NCBI RefSeq assembly: GCF_037042905.1
Contig: NC_087251.1
Span: forward strand, 806,001-870,000
DNA length: 64,000 nt
Reading direction: 5' to 3'
DNA from: Lytechinus pictus
Taxonomy: Eukaryota
In this document: piece by piece, positions 29,988-42,626 of the stretch
Numbering within the stretch: position 1 is the stretch's first letter
Layout: every line of letters begins with the position of its first letter
Position numbers and translations under genes: made by a program
The notes under the pieces: model-generated
Told to the model about the DNA's origin: nothing
The model's database searches: none
Seen by the model: the letters and a program-made list of their open reading frames with translations, nothing else

Positions 29988-31282
29988 GTATTGGCCTATT
30001 CGACAGGATCATCATCAATCAAGTTTAGTGATGGGATGTCGGGGCTCGAATTCATTTTAGGGGCATAAAAGAGCTTCATATAGGCCGTAGGAAGGGAGGG
30101 GGCAGGGGTAGTTTTTTGCTGGAAACTTTCACCGAATTCACCAAAAGTATGCACGAAATCCTTTAATTTCATTTTAGAAAACGCTAAAGCGCCCCTATAA
30201 CAATCTTTGTCTCTACGCTCCGTTCAATAAAAGCAGGCCTGCCCCCCCCCCCTCAAGGAAAAAAAATGTGTGCTTATGGTCATGCATAGGCAGATCCAGG
30301 GGCGAAACACAGGAAAGAAAAAAAAGGGGGGGGGGGAGATGAAAAAAAATAAGTGGAGGAATAAAAGTGAATAAAAAAAAAGAGGGAAAGGGGAATAATA
30401 TTATTAGCTACCAAAAATTCAGGTCACTTTATATAAGTTAAAATTCACTCGCACGCACAGCACATTATAATATATTATTAACTATAGCACTATATATTTC
30501 ACGTCGAAATATCACAAAATTTTATCTCGCATTTTGCGCTCACACTAGATATTTATCCTCGTTGCAAATCCTGCAGACGCCTTTAAAATGTCTCTTATTA
30601 GGCCGGTATGTATGAAAACATGTCAGCTCGCGCTTCGCGCTCGCATTGCTTCGTGTGATACTCTACCTGATGTTTAAAAAAAAAAATCATTCTTAAAGTA
30701 TCCAGTTTTCTCGAATTGTCAAAAAGGACAACTCTCATCATTATAGTGAGATGTATCATTGTCAAGTGCGCGTGCAAACTCGTTTGAAATGTCCCCTTTT
30801 CAGTTCTGTATATCAACAACAGAAAATCAACTCGCGCTTCGCGCTCGCAATGCTAACGAGTTACTCTTGTCGTTCTTTACCTTGAAATATACTTTTCAAA
30901 TTTCTTGTTTTCAGGTCGAACTATAAAACAAAACTTTCAGCTCGCATTTGATTAGTAAGATATGTATTCTCATGATGAATCCCTGTAATTGTTTTGGTAT
31001 GAATGAATGAACCATGATGCGGACGTTCTACCACTGAGCCACATTTACGGTCAAATGCAAAAACGAATTGAGAAGCATACATTTTTTAAGAAAAGCAATC
31101 AGCAAATAAAAGAGTTATTTTTGGAATGTCCCCATTGGCGTAAATATGTTACGAGCGCGGGAGGGGGGTGATGGCAATTATTGACCTGAAAATGAAAAAT
31201 GGGGGGGGGGGACACCCCCACACGAAGGGCTATGTGTACGGGGATATATAACCGTATAATAATACTTACATCTTTTAGTTAA

Positions 31283-31812
31283 ATTGATACTCCAGGCTGA
31301 AAGTAATACCATTTGAACAGATAGAGAAAATCAGACAGTCAAAACACTGAAAATTTGCTAAAACAAATTGACAAAAAATAACAAGGTTATGGCATTTTAA
31401 AGATTTTTTGTTGTTTTACATTAATTTTCATTCTTTTTTATCCTCCAACAAATACAAAAAAGGATTGACAACTGATTTAGTGCATTAGATATTCATTGCT
31501 GCAATTAATTTCATAATAAGGGAGACCGACCACTCACACATATAAAAAAAAAAAAGAAACAATAATGATTTTCATGTAATAAAATAAGAAAAGAGAAGAG
31601 AAAAGTGGGGACGTGACATCATCAGCCCACCTAATTGATTTTCATGACGACAAACTTAACTGCTTTCACAATATATATTGCTAAACTTTAAAACTTTAAA
31701 ATTTAATAACTTCACTATTTATTATCAAATTTTGATGAAATTTTCAGCCTTTTACTGTGTGAATTTTACTTTATTTATTTAGATATAAATATATTCAGTC
31801 CGGAGTACCACT
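31283..31812 (-). mobile_element. Degenerate copy of the 56722-57302 MITE family
   Basis: TTAA flanks; TACTCCAGGCTGAA / TTCAGTCCGGAGTA; internal similarity in reverse orientation. Confidence 0.7.
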
Positions 31813-31827
31813 TTAAAGGCCTCTCAC

Positions 31828-32245
31828 GATTTTTTTTTTTTTTTTTTGGGGGGGGGGGGGATGGCTATATTTTTGCTGTTATGGATTTTGGTGTGATACA
31901 TATTAATGAACTACAGTTAATATCCAAATGCGAGCGAGTGAAGCGAACAAGCAAATTTTCAGTAGTTGGAAGACATGGTGACCAAAATCGTCTTTTAAGT
32001 GGTGTGTAATTATCTTATCACGGGCCATACTATGTACATGCACAGGGGTATATAGCTACGTATACTACAATCTTTCACTTGAAGGACTATCATGATTTTT
32101 TTTTTTTGGGGGGGGGGGGGGGGTTGATGGCTATATTGTCATGGATTTGATGCGACGTAAAGTACTGAATTACAGTTAATATCCAAATGCGAGCGAGCAA
32201 ATTTTACATTGTTGGAAGACAGAATGATAACAAAATCGTATTTCA
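31828..32245 (+). repeat. Diverged tandem duplication (period about 265 bp)
   Basis: polyT-polyG-ATGGCTATATT...TACAGTTAATATCCAAATGCGAGCGAG occurs twice. Confidence 0.7.
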
Positions 32246-32727
32246 AGGGGGTTTGATTACGGGAGAAATTGGGACAAGTGAGCGTAGTGAGCGAGACTTG
32301 AAAAAAATGCTTTAGTCGTTTAAAGTAATATGCATAACAGATGGTGATAAGAGTACATTATCAATAACGTAACTTTAGAGGAAAAGGAACAAGAAATATA
32401 ATTATAAAAGAGCAAATAGATTGGTTGGTTGGTTGAGCAAATAGAGAATAAATTGTCGAAATTTGTTCAATGAAAACTCATTTGCTCTCTGGTTACAGGT
32501 GAGATGAGAATGGAAAAAGAATAGAATCATGATGATCATAGCCCATCACATGCCACAATATAAACTTCCAAAGACGTGAAAATATCACAATGATGCATAA
32601 TCATGAAAAGGACATATTTTGAATCTTATATTGGGAGATGATGCAACATTCCAGATTTAAAATATACATGTATATTACATTGTTGTGTTAATTAGTGTGA
32701 TTTAAAGTCCCTATTATGTGCATGCGT

Positions 32728-32850
32728 GGAGCGTTGTGGCCCAGTGGATAAGTATCCGGCCCTTGAAACAGAGGGCCGTGGGTTCAAAGCCCAGCCATGG
32801 CGTAGTTTTCTTCAGCAAGTGATTCATCCACATTGTGCTGCACTCAACCC
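32728..32850 (+). mobile_element. tRNA-derived SINE, 3'-truncated
   Basis: A box TGGCCCAGTGG and B box GGTTCAAAGCC in a tRNA-like head, followed by a CTTCAGCAAG...CACTCAACCC SINE body. Confidence 0.7.
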
Positions 32851-33784
32851 AATTGATACGAGCGTGAAGTGCAAGGGAAAAAAATATGATTTTCTAACCT
32901 AAAATGTATTGTTTTACTTCCAAAAGGGTATTCTATTTTGAAAAAGGGCACGTATAATTTAGAAAGAAAAAAAACTTTCCATTTTGAAAAAGGGATTTTT
33001 GGCGGGGGGCAAGTGCCCCCCTCCCGTCCCCCGGTTCCTCCGCCCCTACTTTGTGACTTCCAACAAACGGTCCTTACAATTTACTTTTCAGCCTTAGCTG
33101 GGGGTTCGCAATAGGGCGTACAGATGGGGTGGGGCTTGGGCCGCGGGCATGCATGGCCCCAAAATAATTTTCGACCAAGAGAAAAAAAGAGGGGGGGGGG
33201 GCGAAGAAAGGGAGAAATGTGATATCCTTCTCTGGATGTTGATATATGTGAAAATATAATATGAAATGGTAAAAATTTTCCCCTATACATTACGTCTGAC
33301 CACCTTAATTTTTTCTTTTGCTCATTACCCTTCTTATCAAAATGTCCCTTTTTAGGTCAGAATATAAAGAAAATCACCATCAAACCCTTGCAATGAGAAG
33401 CAGCAATGTTCAATTTTATTCAATAAAAAATTGGTATATTAAACAATGTATATCGCAGCATCCATGAATTATAGACCTTTATATGTTCAAACTTCAAATA
33501 CATCAATTTACCAAGAATACAAATCTTACCATTATTAAGTTACAGATGTTTGTAAATATTTAGAAAAACAAACAAACAAAAAGCGAAAATGCATTTACAG
33601 GTGAACTTCTGGGTGTAGGCCTATATACCGATGGTGCCATGCCTATTCCCCCAAGTTAAGTTTTTAGACCCGGATATGGCATTAAAATATTGATTATATA
33701 AACTGGTCATGCAAACCATGAACCAGTTTTATATTAGGAAAAGCACAAAAAGGGTAAGTGATAATTTTTAAGAATTTCAGTTAA

Positions 33785-34274
33785 AGGAGAAGTTCACCTG
33801 ATCAAGTTTAATGTAAAAATAGAAAAAAAAATGTTGCTGAAGGTTTGAGAAAAATGAAAGAAAAATAAAAGTTATTAGAATTTTAATTATTTGATTTGTG
33901 AGGTCATATGCGAGCAGCTTTCCTACATATCGTACGGGTAAAAGTCAATAAAATGTCATTTTCTCAAAAAATTGAAAATGTTTTTATTTTGTATATTCAA
34001 TATAAATATATATATAGACAAATCATTTCGCATCTGTTCCTAAAAAGAAAACAAAAATCAGTCATCACGAACCATTAAAAAAATGAAATTTATGCATATT
34101 ATGTTACATGACATATGGGGCAGCTGCACGTTTATGACGTCACAAATCCAAAACTTAAAATTCTCATAACTTTCTTAAGTTTAATGGATTTTCCTCAAAC
34201 CTTCACCAACATTTTTTTAATGATTTTTTTCTGCTATTTTTACAACAAACTTTTCTTCAGGGTGAACTTCCCCT
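33785..34274. mobile_element. Kolobok-like palindromic MITE
   Basis: TTAA-AGGAGAAGTTCACCTGA ... TCAGGGTGAACTTCCCCT; the two arms are long imperfect inverted repeats. Confidence 0.75.
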
Positions 34275-34417
34275 TTCAGATGAAAGATGAACGGATTCAA
34301 ATTTGTGGATCCAAATAATCAAATAATTTCTCTCCTGAATAATCTGTAATTATTCAATCTTTTTTTGTCGAAACTTCAATTTGACATCCCATTTTTCACT
34401 CCCGGTTTTCACTTTTA

Positions 34418-34966
34418 CCCTTTTTACACACGCTAAAATTTCCTTAACCCCGTACTATAGGTGGGGCTAAATTGCCATTTAGCCCCACCTATAGTACGGG
34501 GTTAAGCTTAGCCCACTTTCTTTTTACACAGCATTTTTGCAAAGTGGGCTAACCCCACCTTTAGTACGGGATTATTTGGCCCTGCAAAAAAGCAGGGTTA
34601 TCCCAGCAATTGCGGTGCTAAGAGCGATAGTACGGGGTTAAGATCGCTAGTGTAAAACGAAAGTGGGCTAAGCTTAACCCCGTACTATAGGTGGGGCTAA
34701 ATGGCAATTTGGCCCCACCTATAGTACGGGGTTAAGGAAATTGTAGCGTGTGTAAAATGGTACGAGTGAAGTACTTGTACTACGAATGATCGACAAAAAT
34801 CACTAGTCCGGGGTTAGCGAGTTTCGTGTGTGAAAAGCAAGCATTCCTTATCCGGGGTTAGCAATAACAATTTGGCATGTGTAAAAAGGAAAAAAAATAG
34901 TACGGGGTTAAGGATAGTACGGGGTTAGCGATAGTCCGGGGTTAAGAAAATCCTGTGTAAAAAGGG
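34418..34966. mobile_element. TA-flanked MITE with two long internal palindromes
   Basis: TIR CCCTTTTTACACA / TGTGTAAAAAGGG; hairpins of about 60 bp near 34444-34505 and 34674-34735. Confidence 0.8.
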
Positions 34967-36567
34967 TATTTGATTCTCGCGGTCCGCTGGCCCGATCTGG
35001 CTAGAGTTCGAGAGAGCCCGGAAATTTCCGTGAGAGAGGGAGAGAGCTACAGAGATACATTACATGATTGACAGTAGATGGCGCACGACTTCTGGCTTCA
35101 GCTTATTTTATTATCGCTGTGGTGTTGACTATCGTCTCCGTACGTGCGTACGGACCAGAAGAGAAGTATTTTGAATTTATTGGTAAATATTGTGTTCGTT
35201 TTGTAGTCAATGTGTTTGTATTTTCTGTGAAAAATGCAGGTAGCTGTAGAGCAAAATGCGAATGTAGCAATGCAACTTCTAAATTAATATGAGTAAATAA
35301 CGTAGTGTTGGACTTGGGTTAAGTATGTCCCACACGTTCAGTTTCGTGTAGGCCTTACTGCGGCAGCCCGAACACGTACTACTGACTGTGTTCGGGCTGC
35401 GTTGTGATCCAACCCGGCTCACCAGATCAAACCAGATGAGCATCGGGAATCACAGGAAAAGGAATAAAATTGGACAAAGTTGTAATAAAGGAAATCAATA
35501 CATACTTACAACTTAAGCCGGAATGTGGGCGGTCCTCAAAACGAAGAAATAATGCCCCATAACTAGGCAAAAACGGAGGAAAAATTTGCCGGTGTGCATT
35601 AAAAGTCGTTCGTACAGGAAGCTTCTTCTTCTTCTTCTTCTTCTTTCCTTGGTTGGCAACCAGTCAGGATTGACTATTTTTGCCACAGCTTTTGTTCATT
35701 TTCAACAGCTTGTTATTCTTGTTATTTTTCTTTTCTTTTCTTCTGTTTTCTTTTCTTTTCTTGTTATTTTTCTTTTTTTCTTCCTTCCTCTTATTTATTT
35801 ATTTATTTTTTTCTTTTTTCTCTTTTTTTCCTATTCTTTTTCTTTTCTTTTCTCTTTTTTCTTTTCATTTCTTTTTTTTTTTTCTTTTCTTTTGTTCTCT
35901 TTTTTCTTTTCTTGTTTCATTTTTTCTCTTTTGCCTTTTCTTTTCTTCTTATATAGACATATTGTATTTTTTGTCCTTTTAAAATAATAATTTTCCTTTT
36001 TTTCTTTTTTTTTATGCGTTCTGTTTCTTGCAGCACGGTATTTTCTTCTGCTACAGTAAGCTGCAATAGAGAAAACAAAAGTAAACTGGATTTGTGGCCT
36101 GATAAAACTTCAGGTTTCGGGACACCGAAAACTAAAGTATGGGATGAAAGTGCAAAAAAAATAAAAAATAAAAATAAAAATAAAAACTTGAAAACAAAAC
36201 AAAACAAACCAACAAACAAACAACAAAAATTCTCTCTTCATTCTTAACTCCTTTCTGTCCCCCCTGACAAATCACCAAATTAAAGAACTCGGATAATTTG
36301 CAAAGGGTAAGGAATTAAGGGAAAAAAGAATAAGGAAAAGAAAAAAAAGAGAGAAAAACAGGATCCACGACGATCGCTGAGCTCCGCGTTACGGGATATT
36401 TGTTGTCGATGTAGTAAAATGACATATAATCAAAATGTATAGGACCATAGGAAAGTGAGTAAAAATCGACCATGTGTCTGCATCTTCTTCTGCTTTGTGT
36501 CTCCCTTTCATAGATTTAACGCTTGTAGAAAAAAAGAATTAATAATAATAATGAATAAATTCAGACT

Positions 36568-39500
36568 TTATAATCGTTTCGTTCTGAGAACGAAACGGAC
36601 CAATGCAGATTGGGTTTCTACCTTAGTACTCTTTAAGAGATCCATCATTTTTTGGGGGGTTGATAGATTTGTTTCTGTAAGTAGCATGGCTCTCTCTATT
36701 ATATATTTGGGACACTCGATTAAAAAATGCTCAACTGTTTCTAATTTGTTGGGCCTACATGTATCACAAAGTCCCGTGGGGTGTATATTAAGTCTTTTTA
36801 AATCGTAGTTCAATCCTATTACACCAAAACGGAGTCTGTGGACAATGGTTTCGTGGAATCTACTTAGGGAACAAAAAAAGGGAGAGTTAACAGTGGGATG
36901 GTATAGTTTAAGTAGGCGGTGGGATTCATTCCATCTTTTTTGCCATTCTAGAGTGTATCTTTTGAAAATGAGATGTTTTATTTCTGTTAAAGATAATTTG
37001 TTGTTGACTTCAATTTTTTTCTGCAATGCATTTTTTGCTTTCGTGTCCGCCATCTCGTTTCCACTAATACCGCAGTGGCTGGGGATCCATTCAAAGTTTA
37101 TGTCTATGCCTAAAAATGTTAAATTTGTTAGTAGGGTAAGAATTTCTGAGACAAAAGGTATTTCTTTTTGTTCTGATATTGCTACTAGGGAGCTTAATGA
37201 GTCACTAAAGATTACTACTCCTACGTATACATCAAGAGTTTCTAACCAGTTGAGGGCTAAGATGATTGCTGCTAATTGAGCTCTATATGATGAAGTATAA
37301 TCAGTGAGGCATTTAGACTGGGAGTAATGGAAAGCTGGAACGTAAAAGGAGGCAGCACATGCTCCAGTGACGGGTTCTTTGGATCCATCTGTGTAAATAT
37401 GGAGTTGATTTGACCATTTTGAATTAATAAGATCGAGGCTCGTTTGTTTTTTATATAAAGGATGGTCATATTTATTTAGTTCCTTGTTCAGTTCTATTGA
37501 AATCTTCGGGTGTTGAAAAAGCCATGGAGGAAAAGCGTACCTATATGATTCTACAGAGTAGTTTAGTTTCTCTGCTCTGATTCCAAAAGGTTTATTATTT
37601 TTTTGAGTTTTGGATAAATCGAATTGCCAGCACGATTTTATATTAAGCAAAATTGGATGGTCTTCATGTGTTTCAATCTTTGTTCTGAACTTATCTGTAA
37701 GTGCTTTTCTTCTCAGGTCGAGGGGCATTTCCCCGAGTTCAGCCTGCAGGGCTTCTAGTGAGGTAAGAGGGAGCCCTCCAACGCAAATCCTTAATGCTTG
37801 ATATTGAACTGCATCTAATTTTGCTTTCATTGTTTGGGATGCACTATCATAAGCCTCGCATCCATAATCCATTAGCGATCGTATTAATGCCCTTTAAACA
37901 ATGAGGAGGGATTTGGAGAAGCTTCCAAATGAAGTTCCAGTAAGGCTTCTGAGAATGTTAAGTTTCCTTTTACACCTTGTCACTATATCCTCGATATGGG
38001 CATGCCATGTAAGTCGATGATCAAAAGTGACACCTAAAAACTTTTTAACAGAGTTGAAAGTTAGACGATTTTCTCCTAGTTTTATCTCAGGGCAATTATA
38101 TTTTTGGGCTTTTGTAAATAAAACCAGAGCGGTTTTATCAGAGGAAAGACGGAAACCCCATTTATTAAACCAAACGTGTAATTTGTTAAGATATTCTTGA
38201 ATTTTTTTGGAGGTTACATCTAATTGATTACCGGACATCCAAACTGCTATATCATCTGCATAAATGGATGTGGTGACTGGGTTGATGATAGGGATGTCCC
38301 TCATCATGATATTATATAATATGGGACTAAGTGTACTTCCTTGTGGGAGTCCGTTTTGCATTACATATATTTTTGATTCACTCTTTCCAATTGTAACTTG
38401 GAATGTTCTATTTGAAAGGTAGTTGTAGAGAAAAGTTAGCATTTTACCTTTGATACCACACTGCAAAAGTTTGTAAATTAGACCTTTTATCCATAATCTA
38501 TCGTATGCCTTTTCGACGTCTAAAAATAGAGCCAAAGTATGTTCTCCATTGTTGATAGTTTTTTGTCTCACCTGCATAGCAGAGTGAGACTATAGGCGCC
38601 GCTTTTCCGACGGCGACGGCGGCGGCGGCGGCGACGGCGGCGTCAACACCAAATCTTAACCTGAGGTTAAGTTTTTGAAATGACAGCATAACTTAGAAAG
38701 TATATGGACCTAGTTCATGAAACTTGGCCATAAGGTTAATCAAGTATTACTGAACATCCTGCCTGAGTTTCATGTCACATGACCAAGGTCAAAGGTCATT
38801 TAGGGTCAATGAACTTAGACCATGTTGGGGGAATCAACATCAAAATCTTAACCTAAGGTTAAGTTTTTGAAATGTCATCATAACTTAGAAAATATATGGA
38901 CCTAGTTCATGAAACTTATACATAAGGTTGATCAAGTATCACTGAACATCCTGCATGAGTTTCACATCACATGACCAAGGTCAAAGGTCATTTAGGGTCA
39001 ATGAACTTTGGCCGAATTGGGAGTATCTGTTGAATTACCATCATAACTTTGAAAGTTTATGGATCTGATTCATGAAACTTGGACATAATAGTAATCAAGT
39101 ATTACTGAACATCCTGTGCAAGTTTCAGGTCACATGATCAAGGTCAAAGGTCATTTAGGGTCAATGAACTTTGGCCAAATTGGGGTATTTGTTGAATTAC
39201 AGCCATAAATTTGAAAGTGTGTTGGTCTAGTTCATAAAACTTGGACATAATAGTAATCAAGTATCACTGAACATCCTGTGCGAGTTTCAGGTCACATGAT
39301 CAAGGTCAAAGGTCATGTAAGGTCAAAGAACTTTGGCCACGTTGGGGGTATTTGTTGAATTGCCATCATATCTCTATAAGTGTATTGGTCTAGTTCATAA
39401 AACATGGAAATAAAAGTAACCAAGTATCACTGAACATCTTGTGCGAGTTATAGTAGTTTTCAAAATCAGCACTGCTGCTATATTGAATCGCGTGATGCAG

Positions 39501-41257
39501 GTGAGACGGCCAGAGGCATTCCACTTGTTTAATAGTGTTTTCCAAATCAACAATACTATCAGTGGTGTTGTGGTTTTTTCGGAAGCCGCTGATTATGGGA
39601 GGCAAAATATTTTGTTTTTCAATGTACCATTCAAGTCTTCCTTTAATCATACGTTCAAATATTTTGGAAAAGCATGAAGAAAGAGCTATAGGTCTATATG
39701 AAGAGACAAGTTTAGGATCTTTCTTTTTCTTAAGAATCGGAACGAGAGTAGAATGTTTCATTTCATGGGGTATATCTCCCGAGTTCCAAATTTTGTTCAT
39801 TATTTTCAACATTACTTTTTTAGGTTTAAGAGGAAGATTTTGATAAACGATATAAGGGATGTTGTCTTTACCTGGGGCTGAATTTTTGCAGGTTTTTAGA
39901 ACCTTTTCTAGTTCCAAAATTGTGAAAGATTAATTTATTACATGATGTAAACCTTCAGATTGTGCCTGAGAAATCTCCAATTCAAGGTTGGGTAATTGTT
40001 TTTTTGTTGGAAAGGTAGATGAGCCCATTTCCTGAAAATGAGTACCTAATAATTCTGATTTGTCTGAATCTTTTGTTATTACCTTATCATTTTCAATAAG
40101 TGCCGACATTCTGTTAGATTCTTGCTACTCAAGCCGTTCATCCGTTTGATTGTTGCCCATAGTTTGCCTTCGGGGACGAAACGGTTGAGTTTTTTGCAGA
40201 ATGAATCCCAATATTCCTTTTTCGTTTTACGTAGAATTTTTTGTGCTTCTGCCTTTTTTTCCTGGAAAGAGGCAAGATTTTCTACAGATATATGTCTTGT
40301 TAATTTATTTTTAGCTCTATTCCTCACTTTGATGCTTTTGGTACATTCAGGAGTCCACCAAGGTATAGGATTATGCTGTCTTTTTGTGTTAGAAGGAACT
40401 GTCTTAAGGATAGTATCTGTAAGACTTTTGATGAAAAAAGTATAAAATTCTTGAGAACTCTCAAAATTAATGAATTCATCCATCAATACTTCACATTTCT
40501 TTGCGAAATCAGCCCATTTTGTATTTTTGAAAGACCAAAATTTCATATGACTAGAATTTTCTTTTTGAGGTGTGGTGTCTTTAGAGATATCCATAAAAAG
40601 CTCTATCGATATAGGGAAATGATCACTGCCAAAAGAATTGTTGAGGACCTCCCAGGAACATCGGTTCGATAAAGCTGGGGAAGTAAAACTAAGATCCAAA
40701 TTGGACATTTTTCCAGAGAGAGGATCGAGTCTTGTTCCTGAAAGATCGTTTAATATAACTAAATGGTGTTTATTAATGAAATCTTCTATGATAAGTCCGT
40801 TATGATCATTTTTTTCACTGCCCCAAAGGCTGTTATGGGAATTAAAATCTCCTAGTATGAGAAACCTATCAGTACCACAGGCTACAGTTAGTAATTTATT
40901 TAAAATATTTTCGTCTAATTTTTGACAAGGATTATAAAAGTTGACTATGCCAATATGTGACTCACCAAAATACACTTTTATATGTTGGATTTCATATTCT
41001 TCATCAAAATGAGGGGTTAAATAGTCGACCGTGTTGTGGATGTAAAATGCTCACCCTCCTCTACTTTGATTTATACGGTTCCTGGGTATACATGTATAAT
41101 TGGGAATGTTAAAAATATGATCTTCCCCAAACCAAGTTTCTTGTATGCAAATAATGTGATGGAATAAGTTGTGAGGGTTGCTTAGGTATCTTGTAAGTTC
41201 ACTGCCATGGCAGTGTAGGCCCTGTGCGTTCCACTGCAATATTGCTAGGGACGCCAT
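36568..41257 (-). pseudogene. LINE ORF2 (endonuclease-reverse transcriptase-RNase H), disrupted
   Basis: EN motifs QWNAQG, QETW, GDFN, SDH; RT motifs FLDVEKAYD, PQGS, YADD; RNaseH YTDGS, SDS, GNEMAD; terminal CDTC...HFLIEC. Lesions: in-frame stops at 41051-53, 39930-32 and 37894-96, a frameshift near 40115, the insertion at 38565-39527, and RNaseH catalytic AEL reading AQL. Confidence 0.92.
38565..39527 (+). mobile_element. Non-autonomous Helentron/DINE-1-like (HINE) element inserted in the LINE RT
   Basis: 13-bp subterminal IRs GTCTCACCTGCAT (38565) / ATGCAGGTGAGAC (39495); 5' partial IR GTGAGAC at 38584; (GGC)n microsatellite; about five internal tandem units of 162-191 bp; small 3' hairpin GCC-AGA-GGC; inserted in a T run. 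Confidence 0.8.
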
Positions 41258-41270
41258 GATAAGAAAAAAA

Positions 41271-42626
41271 CTAGCTACCTCCTTCTGCCTGTGGGGTAGT
41301 GGTAGATCCACTTCTAAGCAATCGTCCAGTTACCGATTCGACCAGAGCTAAAACTTCTTTCTTTGTTTTTCCTTCCACAAAAATGAATATAAGATAAGTA
41401 ATAAAATTTATAATCTGTTCATTGTCTGCTGTTGTTAAAAAATTACTTTTCGTTTGAGGCTCGTATCTATGTTCTTCTTTTCTTGTTTGTTCATAATTAA
41501 AATCCATTGGAACTTCTGTTTGTGGTGCCGTCTTTTTGGGGAGGGGTTCTTTTGGACGGACCACCGGAGGGGCGGATTTAGTTTGAGCTACAAGGGGATC
41601 AATTTGGTGCTTGTTGGTTGAGTCTACATTATGAGGCGTGGTCAAGTTATTGTCTGCTGTGTTTTCTTCGTTAGCGAGCATTTTTGCGGCGTTAGCATAG
41701 GTTGTGTTCTTTGTTACTTTTATGTGCTGTATTTTCTGTGCCTTTTTAGCCACGGCACAGCCATCGTATGCTGCAGAATGTCTGCCCCCGCAATTGATAC
41801 ATTTCCTATCTTCTTTCTTTTGACATTCCTCAAAGGTATGTGCTTCTCCGCACCTAACACAACGTATATTTGCTCTGCATTGAGCTATGCCGTGGCCAAA
41901 CCGTTGACATTTGAAGCATCTTGAAGCATGGGGTACAAAGATCTTAACTGGGAAAATTTGAAAACACAAGTTTACTTGTTGGGGGAGATTTGTTTTATTG
42001 AATGTTAGAATTACACTTTTGAGGGGCACCTCTTCGATGGGACCATTTTCATTTTGTTTTGTTTTCTTAGTAATTCTCTTTGCAAAAGAAACTCCCTGGG
42101 TCTTAAGCTCCTGCTTGATTTCCTCTTCTGAGATAGCTGTAGAGACCCCATAAATAACACCCTTTACGCCGGCTCGCTTTTCTTCTATTTTTACTGGGAT
42201 GTTGCCAATTTGGGTTATTTGTTGAAGAGCGGTCATTTGCTTTTGGTTTTTGCACTTGACAATAATGCTGTGAGGGAGAGAGATAATATTGTCAATTGGA
42301 TTGGGACAAGTGCGTTTAATTGCTCTTGCTATTTCTATGGGATTTACGTTATTGAAATTCTTGTTTTTTTCTATTGGGCTAATATACAGAGTAAAATTGG
42401 CCCTTGTGTTTGTGGATGGGGTGCTGTGTATCGTAAAAGTTGTGTTGCTTGTACTATCTGACGAAGAGTCCGCCCTGGGCGTGATATTTTCCACGTCCAA
42501 GCTTCCTTCACGTCTTCGTTTGCCGCGAAATTTGATTTTAGGTGATCGTGCGTACGTGACAGTCCGGAATTCATCGTCAGTGGTATCTTGCAATGGCGGT
42601 CCCGTTTTCGCGTGACCCTCTGTCAT
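41271..42626 (-). CDS. LINE ORF1 gag-like nucleic-acid-binding protein (451 aa)
   Basis: Open frame from ATG 42626. RRM-like KGVIYGV segment and three Cys/His knuckles: CFKCQRFGHGIAQC, CVRCGEAHTFEEC, CINCGGRHSAAYDGC. Confidence 0.88.
   Translation of the reverse strand: MTEGHAKTGPPLQDTTDDEFRTVTYARSPKIKFRGKRRREGSLDVENITPRADSSSDSTSNTTFTIHSTPSTNTRANFTLYISPIEKNKNFNNVNPIEIARAIKRTCPNPIDNIISLPHSIIVKCKNQKQMTALQQITQIGNIPVKIEEKRAGVKGVIYGVSTAISEEEIKQELKTQGVSFAKRITKKTKQNENGPIEEVPLKSVILTFNKTNLPQQVNLCFQIFPVKIFVPHASRCFKCQRFGHGIAQCRANIRCVRCGEAHTFEECQKKEDRKCINCGGRHSAAYDGCAVAKKAQKIQHIKVTKNTTYANAAKMLANEENTADNNLTTPHNVDSTNKHQIDPLVAQTKSAPPVVRPKEPLPKKTAPQTEVPMDFNYEQTRKEEHRYEPQTKSNFLTTADNEQIINFITYLIFIFVEGKTKKEVLALVESVTGRLLRSGSTTTPQAEGGS

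Noticed and set aside
32728..32800. Functional tRNA gene
   Set aside because: Degenerate stems, no poly-T terminator, and it continues into a SINE body.
35586..36247. Phe/Leu-rich and Lys-rich ORFs resembling membrane proteins (also 43143-43583)
   Set aside because: They arise from T-rich and A-rich low-complexity LINE UTR tracts; no domain signal.
38650..39450. CRISPR-like array
   Set aside because: Eukaryotic DNA, and the units are whole tandem repeats with no unique spacers.
41051..41053. In-frame TGA in the endonuclease as selenocysteine or readthrough
   Set aside because: ORF2 has further stops, a frameshift and an insertion; simple decay explains it.
41271..42626. Intact ORF1 beside a broken ORF2 as evidence of gag domestication
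   Set aside because: At the ORF2 lesion density only one or two lesions are expected in ORF1, so zero is compatible with chance.
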